From an uncultured delta proteobacterium (GTDB taxonomy: Bacteria; Myxococcota_A; UBA9160; UBA4427), in the NCBI GenBank assembly GCA_963822965.1, contig CAWGJT010000012.1:384001-448000 (forward strand): a DNA stretch of 64,000 bases, given 5' to 3'. This document shows, piece after piece, positions 42,557 through 53,887 of the stretch (position 1 is its first letter; every line of letters begins with the position of its first letter). The translations under genes and the position numbers were made by a program. The notes below the pieces were generated by a model, which was given only the letters and a program-made list of their open reading frames with translations, was not told the DNA's origin and searched no databases.

Positions 42557-42584
42557 AAGCTAGCAGGGCCCGGTCTGGTGTCAA
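42557..42584 (-). promoter_or_regulatory. sigma70-like promoter pointing toward arc
   Basis: Minus strand TTGACA(42584-42579)-N16-TAGCTT(42562-42557) with TG extended -10. Confidence 0.5.
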
Positions 42585-42887
42585 GCGCGAGGCATGGGCA
42601 TCGCCCGCCGTAAGCTCTCGTTCCGAAAGGCTTCTCGGGCCTCGCGGGGGGCGCCCCTGCAGGCCGGGCCCGCCGCGCTCGGGAGTTCGCCAGGCGCCCT
42701 GCCGGGTTGCGAGCCCCCTCGCAAATTCGATGCGCACGAGGTGCCGCCTCGCGATGCACGCCCACGGATCGGTGTCGGGATCCCGTCTCGAACGACGCGG
42801 CACCGGCAGCCCGGTGGCGACGGAAGCCCGCAATTGGGTAAACGGCGGGCACCCCGAAGCGAGCTGCACAGCGAGCCGCAATCCGCG

Positions 42888-43664
<777 letters not shown>

Positions 43665-43681
<17 letters not shown>

Positions 43682-46166
43682 CGGCCTGACGCAGATAGAC
43701 GCTGCGGGGCCGCGTCCCCTCCTGGGGCCCCACCATCCCCTCGTTCTCCATGTGCTCGATGATGCGAGCGGCGCGGTTGTATCCGATCTTGAGGCGCCGC
43801 TGGATGTACGAGATCGAGGCGTTGCGGGTCTCGGCGACGATCGCCACCGCCTGATCGAACATCTCATCGGCTTCCTCTCCACGCGCCTCCTGGACCTCGG
43901 ACTCTTCCTTGAGGGCCATCAGGTCGTCGTCGTAGACCGGCTTGCCCTGATCGCGCAGGAAGGCAACGACCTCCGCGACCTCCTTCTCCGTCACGAAGGG
44001 GCCGTGCAGGCGCTGCAGCACCGACGTCCCGGGCGGGAGGAATAGCATGTCGCCCATGCCGAGGAGGTTCTCGGCCCCCTTCTGGTCGAGGATCGTGCGC
44101 GAATCGGTGCCCGAGGACACCTGGAAGGACACGCGCGCCGGGAAGTTCGCCTTGATGACGCCGGTGAGGACGTCGACGCTCGGTCGCTGGGTGGCCAGCA
44201 CCAGGTGGATCCCCGCGGCGCGCGCCATCTGGGCGAGGCGCTGCAGGGACTCCTCGACGTCCTTGGCCGCGAGCACCATCAGGTCGGCGAGCTCGTCGAT
44301 CACCACGACGATGTAGGGCAGGTGGCACCAGGGGACCTCCTCGCCCTGCTCCTCGCCCGGCTTGGCGCGCAGACGGAACGTCGTCTCCCCCCGCTCGATG
44401 GCCTCCGCGGACTTGGCGTTGAACTGGTCCACGTTGCGCACCTGCACGGCGCTCATCATCTGGTAGCGCTCTTCCATCTTGCGGACGATCCCGGCGAGCG
44501 CCGCCGACGCGCGCTTGGGGGCCGTCACGACGTCGGCGATCAGGTGCGGGATCCCCTCGTAGATCGACAGCTCGAGCAGCTTGGGGTCGATGAGCAGGAG
44601 CTTCAGGTCGCGCGGGGTGGTGCGGCACAGGAGCGAGCACAGGAACGAGTTGAGGAAGACGCTCTTGCCCGTCCCGGTGGCGCCCGCCACCAACAGGTGC
44701 GGCATTCTCGCCAGGTCCGAGTTGACGCAGTTCCCGAAGATGTCCTTGCCCATGGCGATCAGCAGCGGCGAGGTGCTGGCTCGGAAGGTCTCGGACTCGA
44801 GCAGGCTGCGGACGTACACCGTCTCCCGCTCGGTGTTCGGGATCTCGATGCCGACCACCGACTTGCCCGGCAGGGGCGCGATGATGCGAATCGAGATGGC
44901 GCGCAGGGCCATGGCGAGGTCGTCGGTGAGCGCGACGATCTTGTTCACCTTGATCCCGGGCGCGGGCTCGTACTCGTACATCGTGATGACCGGACCGGGG
45001 TGGACGCGTACCACCCGCCCCTTCACGCCGAAGTCGAGGAGCTTCTTCTCCAGGATGCGCGAGTTCATCAGCAGGCTGTCGCGGTCGTATCCCCGGACGC
45101 CCGCCGGCGGGGCCTGGAAGATGGAGACGTCGGGAAGCCGGAACGGGCCCGCCATGCTCGACTCGTCGAAGTGGAACGCCTCCTGGGACGGATTCGACCG
45201 CCGCTCGAGCGCGTGATCGACGATGTCGGGGCCACCCTCCTTCTTGCGGCTTCCCCCCGGGCGGAGGCGCGGCTTCAGGCTGGGCGCCACCGGGACCAGG
45301 GTGTCGGGCTTCTCTTCGCGCGAGACCCGGAGCAGCGGCTCTTCCGTCTCCTCGGCGATCGCCCACTCTCCGGCCCCGGGATCGTCCAGCTCCTCCGGCT
45401 CGGCCGCGGCCGCCCGGGCACGTCTCGCCCGCTGCTCACGCCACACCGTGAAGCGGGCGCCGACGGCCCGAATCCCCGCGAACAACGTTCGCGTCCGGCG
45501 CCGGAGGCGCTGGCCCAACGCCACGAGGCTCGTCCAGAGGCGGGCGGCCAGCTCGGCGGCAAGCACGCTGGCGGCCGCCGCCGCGCGACCCACGGCGGAC
45601 AGGGCGGTTCCGGCGGAGACTCCAGTGACGGAGAGGGACCCCAGCACCCCCAGCAGACCGCTCACCAGCAGCGCCCCCCAGCCGCTGAACAGCAGCACCT
45701 CGTAGTCCACCAGCCAACGGCCGAACGCGCCGGCGCGGGACGAGCCCAGCTCACCGGGGGCGAGACCGTCCAGGATGGGGGGCACGGTGGCGGTCGCCAC
45801 GAGTAGCAGCATGCTGCCCACCCAGAATCGCGAGTCGGCGCGCGGCACCCCGCGGCCCAGCACCAGGCAGCCGCCGAGCCAGCCGGTCGCGCCGACCACC
45901 ACGATGGCACCCCAGCCCACGCTCCCGAAGAGCCAGCCGGCCAGGGTGGCTCCGGCGGCTCCCGCCCGGTTCGCCACGGGGGCCAGCGTGAGGATGGGAT
46001 CCTGGGGCGAGTAGGTCGCGATCGCGAGAGCGGCGAGCAGCGCGCTCCCGATCAGGGCGAGACCGACGAGCTCCCCTCCCGTTCGCGCGAAGAAGTCCGC
46101 CACTCCGGCCGAGCGGCTGGCGCCGCGGGCTCGGCTCCGCCGGGCGGCCGCTCTACCAGCGGCCAC
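43665..46166 (-). CDS. ftsK: DNA translocase FtsK
   Basis: N-terminal 4TM domain, GPVITMYE, PHLLVAGATGTGKS, IDELADLM, ATQRPSVDV, gamma domain SISYIQRRLKIGYNRAA. Confidence 0.96.
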
Positions 46167-46446
46167 GATCGCAATCCTGCCAGGGACCCGAAGCGCGTGT
46201 GACCGCGCGGGCTGACGAACGACTGAACCGCGAGCGCTCGATTCGAAGAATCAAGACTCCCCCACCCCCCGGAAAGGGAACCACGGGACGATAACGGCGT
46301 GTCACCCCGATCGCCAACCGACCGGATTGCCGACCGACGGCCTCGGCACGGGGCCGCGTACGCCCGTTCGCCCTTGACGATCCCCGGACCGGGCGGGACC
46401 ATCCGACGCGCGAGTCCACCCAGTCCCGACGGGAGCCCCCCACCAC

Positions 46447-46872
46447 ATGGCAGGCGTCAACAAGGCAATCCTCATCGGCAACCTCGGTCGCGACCCCGAG
46501 CTCCGCTACACGCAGAGCGGGCAGGCGGTCGTCAACTTCTCCATCGCGACCAGTGAGAACTGGACGGACAAGAGCGGCGAGCGCCAAGAGCGCACGGAGT
46601 GGCACCGCATCGTGGCCTGGGGCAAGACAGGCGAGCTGTGCGCCCAGTACCTCTCGAAGGGTCGCACGGTCTACGTCGAGGGTCGCATCCAGACCCGCGA
46701 GTGGGAAGATCGCGAAGGCCAGAAGCGGACGACCACCGAGATCAACGCGCAGACCGTGACGTTCATCGGCGGGAGCGGTGGTGGCGGCGGCGGCAGCCGC
46801 GGCGGCGACAGCCTCTCCGGCAGCGGTCCCGACACGAGCAACGAGCCGCCGCCCGACGACGTTCCGTTCTGA
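46447..46872 (+). CDS. ssb: Single-stranded DNA-binding protein
   Basis: [33 protein letters not shown]-terminal DDVPF. Confidence 0.97.
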   Translation: MAGVNKAILIGNLGRDPELRYTQSGQAVVNFSIATSENWTDKSGERQERTEWHRIVAWGKTGELCAQYLSKGRTVYVEGRIQTREWEDREGQKRTTTEINAQTVTFIGGSGGGGGGSRGGDSLSGSGPDTSNEPPPDDVPF

Positions 46873-46893
46873 GCGTCCCCGGCGTTCCGGGGT

Positions 46894-47271
46894 TCAGGAC
46901 GTCGAGCGGGGGCGGAGGGCGCGGATCACCTGGTTGATGTGCGCGCGTGCTTCCGGGGGCAGGTCCTCGAACTCGATCCCCATGCCCGGCGTGGCGCCGT
47001 CCGATCCGTCCGAGACCCGCACGACGATGCCGTTGGTCTTCACCGTGCGGTCGCTGCCGGGCAGGTTGAAGTGCAGGCTCACCTCCGTGCCGGGCGGGCG
47101 CGGCTTCTCGGTCTCGATGAAGAGCCCGCCCTCGTTGATGTCGCGGGTGAACTCGGAGAAGAGCTCGTCGACCGTCGAGTAGTCGACCCGAACGATCAGC
47201 TCCGCGCGGTCCGAACGCCGGCGCTCCGCCTCCTCGCGAGGATCGACGGTCTGGAAGCTCACCTTCGACAT
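46894..47271 (-). CDS. Stand-alone PilZ domain protein (TIGR02266-like)
   Basis: RRSDR (RxxxR), DINEGGLFIET, PGMGIEF. Confidence 0.82.
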   Translation of the reverse strand: MSKVSFQTVDPREEAERRRSDRAELIVRVDYSTVDELFSEFTRDINEGGLFIETEKPRPPGTEVSLHFNLPGSDRTVKTNGIVVRVSDGSDGATPGMGIEFEDLPPEARAHINQVIRALRPRSTS

Positions 47272-47429
47272 GGGCCTGCTCCTCCGGCGGACGCCCGCCG
47301 GCCTGCCTCGCTGCATCGACCGCCGGCGCGACGCGCCTTAGTGGCCGGCATCCGCGGTCGGCATCGCTCCGCCCGCGCCGTCGCCCGCGAGCGGAGCGAT
47401 TCCGCTCTCGCTGTACCCCTCCCGGTGGG

Positions 47430-48242
47430 TCACAGCTCTCCAGCTTCCTGGAAGCTGTGGTAGCCGTGCTCGGCCACCACCACGTGGTCGAGCACCCGGA
47501 TGCCCATCAGCTCGCCCGCCTGGGCCAGGCGCTCGGTCACGCGACGGTCCTCGCCGCTGGGCGTCGGATCTCCGCTCGGATGGTTGTGGACGAGGACCAG
47601 CGCGGCCGCGGTCCGCCGGATCGCCTCCCGGAACACCTCGCGCGGATGCACCAGGCTGGCCGTCAGCGTGCCCTGGGAGACGAGCACCTCCGCCGTCACC
47701 CGATGCCGTCCGTCCAGCAGCAGCGCGTAGAAGCGCTCGTTGGCGCGATGCCGGAGGCGCTCGAAGAAGTGGTGATGGACGTCCGCCGGCCCGTGGATGC
47801 GAGCGCCCGCCTCGAGCCGGCGCGTCGCGATCCGGCGCCCCATCTCGCAGGCCGCCAGCAGGCTGGCGCTCTTCGCGGGCCCCATCCCGGGGATCCCCTG
47901 GAGGTCCGCCGTCCTCTCACGCGCGAATCCAGCGAGGCCTCCGGCGCGCTCCAGCAGGTCGCGGGCGAGGGTCTCGACGTCGAGCCCGCCGCCACCGGTA
48001 CGAAGCAGCAGCGACACCAGCTCGGCGTCCGAGAGCGCCCGGGGTCCCAGGCAGGACAGCCGCTCGCGGGGTCCGTCGGGGAGGCGTCCATGCGGACGCC
48101 GGGAGAGGGCCGACGAGCGCGGGGCCTGTCGGACCGGCCGGTGGCCCGGGGGATCGGAGGCGCGCTCGGCGCATTCGGCGGCACGCCGCTTCGGATCGGA
48201 TTGCAACGGGAAGGGCTCCCCGGGACCGGGGAGCGCCAGCAT
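47430..48242 (-). CDS. radC: RadC/UPF0758 JAB-domain protein (start uncertain)
   Basis: PRERL..LG..ALSDAELVSLLL.TG, GMGPAK, VHPREVF, HNHPSGDPTPS.ED, VLDHVVV. Confidence 0.9.
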   Translation of the reverse strand: MLALPGPGEPFPLQSDPKRRAAECAERASDPPGHRPVRQAPRSSALSRRPHGRLPDGPRERLSCLGPRALSDAELVSLLLRTGGGGLDVETLARDLLERAGGLAGFARERTADLQGIPGMGPAKSASLLAACEMGRRIATRRLEAGARIHGPADVHHHFFERLRHRANERFYALLLDGRHRVTAEVLVSQGTLTASLVHPREVFREAIRRTAAALVLVHNHPSGDPTPSGEDRRVTERLAQAGELMGIRVLDHVVVAEHGYHSFQEAGEL

Positions 48243-48252
48243 AGAGCCTCGT

Positions 48253-49542
48253 CTAGGAGGCGGCCAGACAGGAGGCGCGCTCGCTCTCGGCCTTGTCGAG
48301 GGCGACGGCGAAGCTGCTGCTGTCGAGCTCGGGGGCGATCAGGCTGCGATAGGTTTCGGCCCGGTACTCCTCCTTCTCGAGATCGCCCACGAACGTTCGC
48401 AGCAGCGCCAGGAAGCCGCGGGCATCCGCGGCCTGGTTGAGCGCGACCTCGAGCTCGATGGGAACCCCGGGGCGGTACCGGGAGCCGTCCGTGAACTCGA
48501 CGACACCCCCCGGCGTCACCTCGCCGAGACGGCGCATGGCAGCGCGCACATAGCGATCCGTGAAATCGCCCTGGGGTGCCAGCGCCCGATTCAGGCTCCC
48601 GGGGTCGAGCTGCCCGCGCATGGCACCGTCGAAGGCCAGCGCGCATCCGGTCACGTCGGCGGGCGTGATGGCGGCGAGCGCGTTCAGGGCCTTCTGCACC
48701 GTCGCCGCCCCACCGTCCTTCGGCACCAGGTCGAGCACGAACTCGTGCAGGTCGCGGGCCGCGTTGTACTGCTGCCTCTGACGCACGGTGGTCGTGCCCA
48801 GAGCCTGCTCGCTGAGGCTCACCTTGACGAGAAGGTCCTCGCCGAGCTGCTGGCCGTAGACCTCCTGGATCAGGGGGCTGTGCATCTGGTCGAGCGCCTC
48901 TCGCGCCTCGGGCGCCATGGCCGTCTCGGTCAGGATCACCGAGAAGCCGTCGTCCGCCTCCTGGACCCGGAAGGTGAGGGCCTCGTCCGTGAGGAAGCCC
49001 AACGCCGAGCGCCCGGCGAAGTAGCGGTGCGAGATCCCGTCCAGGGTGTTCGGCAGCGGCTCGAGATCGAGGATCACCTGGTCGACCGAGGACGCCATCT
49101 TGACGGTCGTGGTCTTCTGCCGGAATCCCTCGCGGAAGGCGCGAATCGTGATCGAATCACGCGGCCCGGCGTCGACGCGGGCCGGAACGATCACCGTCAC
49201 CGGCGTCTCGGCCTGCTCGAACCGCTTCTGGAAGTTGGACCGCACGTAGAAGAGATCGACCATGCCACCGCTCGGGGTGGTGTCGATCTCGATCTTGCGG
49301 TCGCTGTAGTAATGGCCGAAGCCCCGGAAGAGCGACGCGATGGGAGCAGCCACGTTCTTCATCCCGAAGCTCGCGAGGTCCTCGGGCTTCAGGTCGACGA
49401 CCTCGTGCTCGGTCGGGTCCTCGCCGATCCGCGGCTCGTGCCCCGCGCAGGCCACCGCGGCGAGGGACGACACAACCAGCAGCCACGACGCGGCCGCCCG
49501 CACGTACGTCGGAATCCGCGCGGGCGGTCGGGCCACCGTCAT
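48253..49542 (-). CDS. Hypothetical lipoprotein
   Basis: Signal-like LLVVSSLAAVAC. 429-aa ORF with host-like codon use; family not recognised. Confidence 0.65.
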   Translation of the reverse strand: MTVARPPARIPTYVRAAASWLLVVSSLAAVACAGHEPRIGEDPTEHEVVDLKPEDLASFGMKNVAAPIASLFRGFGHYYSDRKIEIDTTPSGGMVDLFYVRSNFQKRFEQAETPVTVIVPARVDAGPRDSITIRAFREGFRQKTTTVKMASSVDQVILDLEPLPNTLDGISHRYFAGRSALGFLTDEALTFRVQEADDGFSVILTETAMAPEAREALDQMHSPLIQEVYGQQLGEDLLVKVSLSEQALGTTTVRQRQQYNAARDLHEFVLDLVPKDGGAATVQKALNALAAITPADVTGCALAFDGAMRGQLDPGSLNRALAPQGDFTDRYVRAAMRRLGEVTPGGVVEFTDGSRYRPGVPIELEVALNQAADARGFLALLRTFVGDLEKEEYRAETYRSLIAPELDSSSFAVALDKAESERASCLAAS

Positions 49543-49656
49543 CGCAAGGGACCTCCTGGCGCCCCCGGCCCCGCGTGCGCCGCGAGCAGGAGGGCTGCCC
49601 AGGGTAACCCCACCTCGAGGACGGAGCATGCCCTCAGGTGCCGGGTGCGCGGGGAA

Positions 49657-50739
49657 TCAGCGCGATTCCGCGGCGCTGCCGTCCTCGACTACCGACGCCA
49701 TCTCGGAACCCGCCCGGGCGTCGGCCTGGCGCAGCTCCACCGTGAAGGCGGTCGCGAGCTGCAGGGCCAGGCGATCCCCGGAGAGCCGGAGCTCCCGAAC
49801 CAGCTCTTCACCGCGTCCGGTCTCCCGAGCGTGAGCGGCCAGCGCCCGCAGCCAGATCTGCTGCTCCACCGCCGAGAGACCAGCGAATTCGGCCGCGAAC
49901 ACCGCCGGCCGGCGGGCCATCGCCTCGAGGCGGTGATCGAGGTCGGAAGCCAGCCGCTGGGCGCGATCGACCTCGGAATCGATCCCCTGCGGCGAGAAGC
50001 TCGAGCCCATCTCCGTCGGGCCGGCCACCACGTGGTTGCTCACGTTCGTCGGGAAGCCGGTCGACGGATAGGTCGAATTCCGGACCGAACGAGCCGACCA
50101 GCGCGTCACCGCGCGGGGCAGGATCCCCGGGTTGGAACCGTTCGACACCATCTGCGTGACACCCTCGCGGCTCGCGAAGGGATCGGAGAGAACCGAGATC
50201 GTGCGCCGCTCCGGTCCCGACACCACCGGCGGCGGCCCGGAGATCACGATGGTGGGCATCCGCGCGTCCCGCAGCGGCGGGTACAGATCGACCAGGCGCT
50301 CTCCGCGGGAGCCGTCCCGCACGGCGTCGGTGACCACACGAGCCTCGCCGTTGCGCGGCGCCTGCTTCCCGAACCCGATCAGCTGGATGCTCTGGGGATC
50401 GAGGACCCCGGCGGCCATCAACAGCCCGACGGCGAGAGCCGTCGCCGGCAGCGCGACCTGGGGAGTAGCGAGATCGCCGAGCCAGTCTCGCAGTCGATCG
50501 GCGAAGCGGCGGTGCCCCTCGCCTTCCCGAATGCGGCGCATCACGGTCTCGACGAGGAACGGCGGCGACTCGGGATTCGGAAGCGAGCGCAGCAGGTCGA
50601 TCGCGCCGCGCATCTGCGCGAACTCCCGGCTGCAGGCTCCACAGGCGTCGAGGTGGGCGTCCAGCAGGGCGCGCCGGGTCAGATCGAGATCCCCCTCCAG
50701 GTAATCGGCCATGTGGGAGTGAGCTTCCGCGTGGTTCAC
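49657..50739 (-). CDS. Zinc-finger (zf-HC2) membrane anti-sigma factor
   Basis: YLEGDL...AHLDACGAC (HxxxCxxC), single TM (ALAVGLLMAAGV); follows an ECF sigma. Confidence 0.82.
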   Translation of the reverse strand: MNHAEAHSHMADYLEGDLDLTRRALLDAHLDACGACSREFAQMRGAIDLLRSLPNPESPPFLVETVMRRIREGEGHRRFADRLRDWLGDLATPQVALPATALAVGLLMAAGVLDPQSIQLIGFGKQAPRNGEARVVTDAVRDGSRGERLVDLYPPLRDARMPTIVISGPPPVVSGPERRTISVLSDPFASREGVTQMVSNGSNPGILPRAVTRWSARSVRNSTYPSTGFPTNVSNHVVAGPTEMGSSFSPQGIDSEVDRAQRLASDLDHRLEAMARRPAVFAAEFAGLSAVEQQIWLRALAAHARETGRGEELVRELRLSGDRLALQLATAFTVELRQADARAGSEMASVVEDGSAAESR

Positions 50740-50779
50740 TGATCTGCTCCCTCGAAGCAGGTGCGGCCCGAACGGACCG

Positions 50780-51463
50780 TCACCCTTCCTCGTTCGATTC
50801 TCCGAGCAGGGGTGCGAGCTTGCTGCGCAGCGCCTGTCGGGCACGGTGGATTCTCGACTTGACGGTGCCTTCGGCCACCCCGAGCACTTCGGCGATCTCG
50901 CCATAGGGGAGGCCCTCGATGTCGTAGAGGAGCACGGGCAATCGCAGGGAGGGCTTCAGGCCGTCGAGCGCCTCCCGGACGGCGCCCGTGAGCTCGATGC
51001 CGCTCGCGGCATCCTCGGGGTCGCGGGGTCCCACGGGCATGTCGTCGCCCGCGGCCTGGCGCACCGCGAGCTTCTGGATGCGCGCTCGATTCCGGCCGAG
51101 GGTGCGACGCCGGTTCAGGGCCGCGTTCGAAGCCACGCGGTAGACGAACGTGGAGAAGCGCGCCTCGCCACGGAATCGGTGCCCGTGGCGATGCAGGCTC
51201 AGGAAGGTCTCCTGCGCCACGTCCTCCGCCTCTTCGCGGTCACCCATCATGCGCAGGAGGAGCCGGAACACCTTCTTCTCGTGACGGCGGATGAGCTGCT
51301 CGAAGGCCATCTCGTCGCCTTCCTGCCAGCGATGCACCAGCTCCGCGTCGGGGTCCTCGATCACGTGCACCGGGGCGCGACCGACGTTCGCGGCCGCCGA
51401 AGTCGCCGAACTCCTTCGGGCGAGCGGGCCGCGCTCAACCATCTCGTATCCAACCGACGTCAT
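50780..51463 (-). CDS. ECF RNA polymerase sigma factor (start uncertain)
   Basis: DAELV...AFEQLIRRH, AEDVAQETF, FSTFVYRVASN, EIAEVLGVAEGTVKSRIHRAR. Confidence 0.9.
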   Translation of the reverse strand: MTSVGYEMVERGPLARRSSATSAAANVGRAPVHVIEDPDAELVHRWQEGDEMAFEQLIRRHEKKVFRLLLRMMGDREEAEDVAQETFLSLHRHGHRFRGEARFSTFVYRVASNAALNRRRTLGRNRARIQKLAVRQAAGDDMPVGPRDPEDAASGIELTGAVREALDGLKPSLRLPVLLYDIEGLPYGEIAEVLGVAEGTVKSRIHRARQALRSKLAPLLGESNEEG

Positions 51464-51678
51464 GTGGCCGGAAAGAACCCGTTCGGAGGCCCCCGGTTCC
51501 TTCTCGTCGCCGTCACCACCCGAGAGCCGGGGAGCCTCCGGGGACCCCTTCGCCACCTCACCCAGGCCCGGGTCCCAGGACTCCCGCACGGGCGCGAGGG
51601 GCTTGCGCTCGGACGGGGAGCCCGGATGCAGCAGGCCACCGGCGCCGCCCGTCTTCTCGTCGGATCGCCCTTCGCCGC

Positions 51679-52185
51679 TCAAGGGCTCTCTCCGGGCCGG
51701 TGCCAGGTGCCGCTCTTCCCGCCCCGCTTCTCGACCAGGCGGACCGACTCGACGCTCATCCCCCGATCCACCGCCTTGCACATGTCGTAGACGGTGAGCG
51801 CGGCGGCCGACGCGGCCACCAACGCCTCCATCTCCACCCCCGTCTTCCAGTGGGTCTCGACCACCGTCTCGATTCGCAGGGCCGCACCCCCGCCACGGCC
51901 GCCCTGGGGGGCGGGCGTGAGCTCGACCCGCACCGCGTCGAGCGGCAGGGGATGTGCGAGCGGAATCCACTCCGCTGCCCGCTTCGCCGCCTGGATTCCC
52001 GCGATCCGCGCGGTCGCCAGGACGTCCCCCTTGGCGACCTCGCCTGCGCTGATGCGAGCGAGGGTCTCTGGCGCCATGTGCACCTCGCAGCGCGCGACGC
52101 AGACGCGGTGCGTGACCGCCTTGTCGCCGACGTCGACCATGCGGGCACGGCCCCTCTCATCGAGATGGGTCAGGCGACGGTTCAT
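51679..52185 (-). CDS. moaC: Cyclic pyranopterin monophosphate synthase MoaC
   Basis: [53 protein letters not shown]. Confidence 0.95.
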   Translation of the reverse strand: MNRRLTHLDERGRARMVDVGDKAVTHRVCVARCEVHMAPETLARISAGEVAKGDVLATARIAGIQAAKRAAEWIPLAHPLPLDAVRVELTPAPQGGRGGGAALRIETVVETHWKTGVEMEALVAASAAALTVYDMCKAVDRGMSVESVRLVEKRGGKSGTWHRPGESP

Positions 52186-53072
52186 GCGCGGGCGGTCTCC
52201 CGCCGGGCTTCCGCGCCACTCCGGTCCGCCTCACGCGCGCGCAGCCAGGCGAGCAGATCGTCGTACACCTGCTCCTTCTCGGGCTCGTTGAAGATCTCGT
52301 GCCGCAGCCCGGGATAGATCTTCAGGGCGCTGGGCGGCGACGCGCCGGCGGGCAGGCTCGCGAAGAACGCCTCGCTGCCCGCTGCGCTGCACAGCGGATC
52401 CTCGGCCCCGTGGAGCAGCAGCATGGGAACCTCGATCTCGGCGCCTCCCCCGGCCGTCCGTGCGACGGCGTTCATCATCTCCACGGCCAGCGAGGGGGTC
52501 ATGTGCGTATCGACCAGGGGATCCGCCTCGTAGCGGCGCTGCACCTCCGGATCTCGCGAGAGCCCCTCGATGGGCAATCCCGCATCGAGCAGCATCCGGG
52601 GGGCGAGCCGCCGCAGGGCGCGGACCAGCAGCATGCGCGCTCCGCTCATGGCCGGCCCGAGGGACAGCGCGGCGCCGGAGGTGACGAGCGCCGTGATCTC
52701 GGGCTTGCGCTCGCGCGCGAAGGCCGCCGTGATGAGACCTCCCATGCTGTGGCCGACCACGCTGAGAGGCACGCCCGGGTGCTCCTCGCGAACGCACGCC
52801 ACGAAGCCTTCGAGGTCCGCGAGGAAGTCCTCGAAGCGGGACACGTAGTTGCGCGGCCCGGCGGAACGCCCGTGGCCCTGGTGGTCGTAGGCGTGAACCG
52901 CACTGCGCCGTTCGGCCAGCCAGGTGCCCAGGTCTTCGTAGCGACCGCTGTGCTCTCCGAAGCCGTGGACGAGCACGACCACGCGCTCGGGCTCCGGGCA
53001 GGTCCACGAACGACGGAACAGGCGACGGCCCCCGTCGCCCTGGAAGCTTCCCTCGCTGCGCCGGATGCTCAT
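52182..53072 (-). CDS. Alpha/beta hydrolase, lysophospholipase/monoglyceride lipase type
   Basis: [36 protein letters not shown]. Confidence 0.9.
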   Translation of the reverse strand: MSIRRSEGSFQGDGGRRLFRRSWTCPEPERVVVLVHGFGEHSGRYEDLGTWLAERRSAVHAYDHQGHGRSAGPRNYVSRFEDFLADLEGFVACVREEHPGVPLSVVGHSMGGLITAAFARERKPEITALVTSGAALSLGPAMSGARMLLVRALRRLAPRMLLDAGLPIEGLSRDPEVQRRYEADPLVDTHMTPSLAVEMMNAVARTAGGGAEIEVPMLLLHGAEDPLCSAAGSEAFFASLPAGASPPSALKIYPGLRHEIFNEPEKEQVYDDLLAWLRAREADRSGAEARRETARA

Positions 53073-53167
53073 GGGCCTCCCCCCTGGACTGGCCCTCCCC
53101 GTGGGAGAGCCGCTCGGGGAGACTAGCCCCGATCCGACGGAACGATCAGGCGAAGCCCGGCGGGGGA

Positions 53168-53887
53168 TCAGGAACGCCGGTATCGCTGGACCTCGGCGCG
53201 GGCGCTCTGCACCTTCTCGAGATAGGCAACCCCCCGGATCTCCGATCCCCAAAAGTAGGCGGAGATGCCCGCGTCCTCGCCGAGCCGCCGGATGTTGCTG
53301 GCCAGGATGAAGCAGCCGGCCTCGATGTTGCTCTCGATCGTCGCGGCGTTTCCGGCCAGCCCCAGGGGCTCCATCATGTGCGGCATCACCTGCATCAGTC
53401 CCACCGCTCCCTTGGGGCTGCGCACCCAGGGTCGCGCGGTGCTCTCGACCAGGAGGACCGCCGTGACGAGCTCCGGGTCGAGCTCGTACTTCGCGCTGTA
53501 GCGCATCACCGCCGAGGCGATCCGGGAGAGCTCGCTGGGAGCCAGGCTGGGATTGACCGATCCGAGCAGACCGGCGAGGGCCGCGGCGTCGAGGTCGGGG
53601 GAGCTCGGCGGCACCGTGGCCTCGGACGCAGGAGCCGCGCTGACGGCGGGCAGCAGCCCGCGCAGATCGGTCGAAGGCAGCCCATCCACGCCGCTATCGA
53701 TCGACCAGAGACCGAGCGCGACGAGCAGGACCATCTGGAGGCGCGCGAGCCGCGGCCGTGCCGCACTCTTCTGCACGCTCTCGACCGTCGTGCTCTCGGG
53801 CTTCACGCTCCCGACGGCGCCCGGCGACGACTCGCCAGGAGTCGACCGATCGGGCTGCAAAGCCGGACGCCGGGGGACACGCCGCAT
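53168..53887 (-). CDS. Lytic transglycosylase (SLT domain), membrane-anchored; start uncertain
   Basis: AVLLVES, SPKGAVGLMQVMP, NIEAG; TM MVLLVALGLW. Confidence 0.82.
   Translation of the reverse strand: MRRVPRRPALQPDRSTPGESSPGAVGSVKPESTTVESVQKSAARPRLARLQMVLLVALGLWSIDSGVDGLPSTDLRGLLPAVSAAPASEATVPPSSPDLDAAALAGLLGSVNPSLAPSELSRIASAVMRYSAKYELDPELVTAVLLVESTARPWVRSPKGAVGLMQVMPHMMEPLGLAGNAATIESNIEAGCFILASNIRRLGEDAGISAYFWGSEIRGVAYLEKVQSARAEVQRYRRS

Noticed and set aside
47430..48242. radC as a marker of a mobile element or defence island
   Set aside because: It is the full-length chromosomal form with HhH region, and there is no integrase, transposase or compositional shift nearby.
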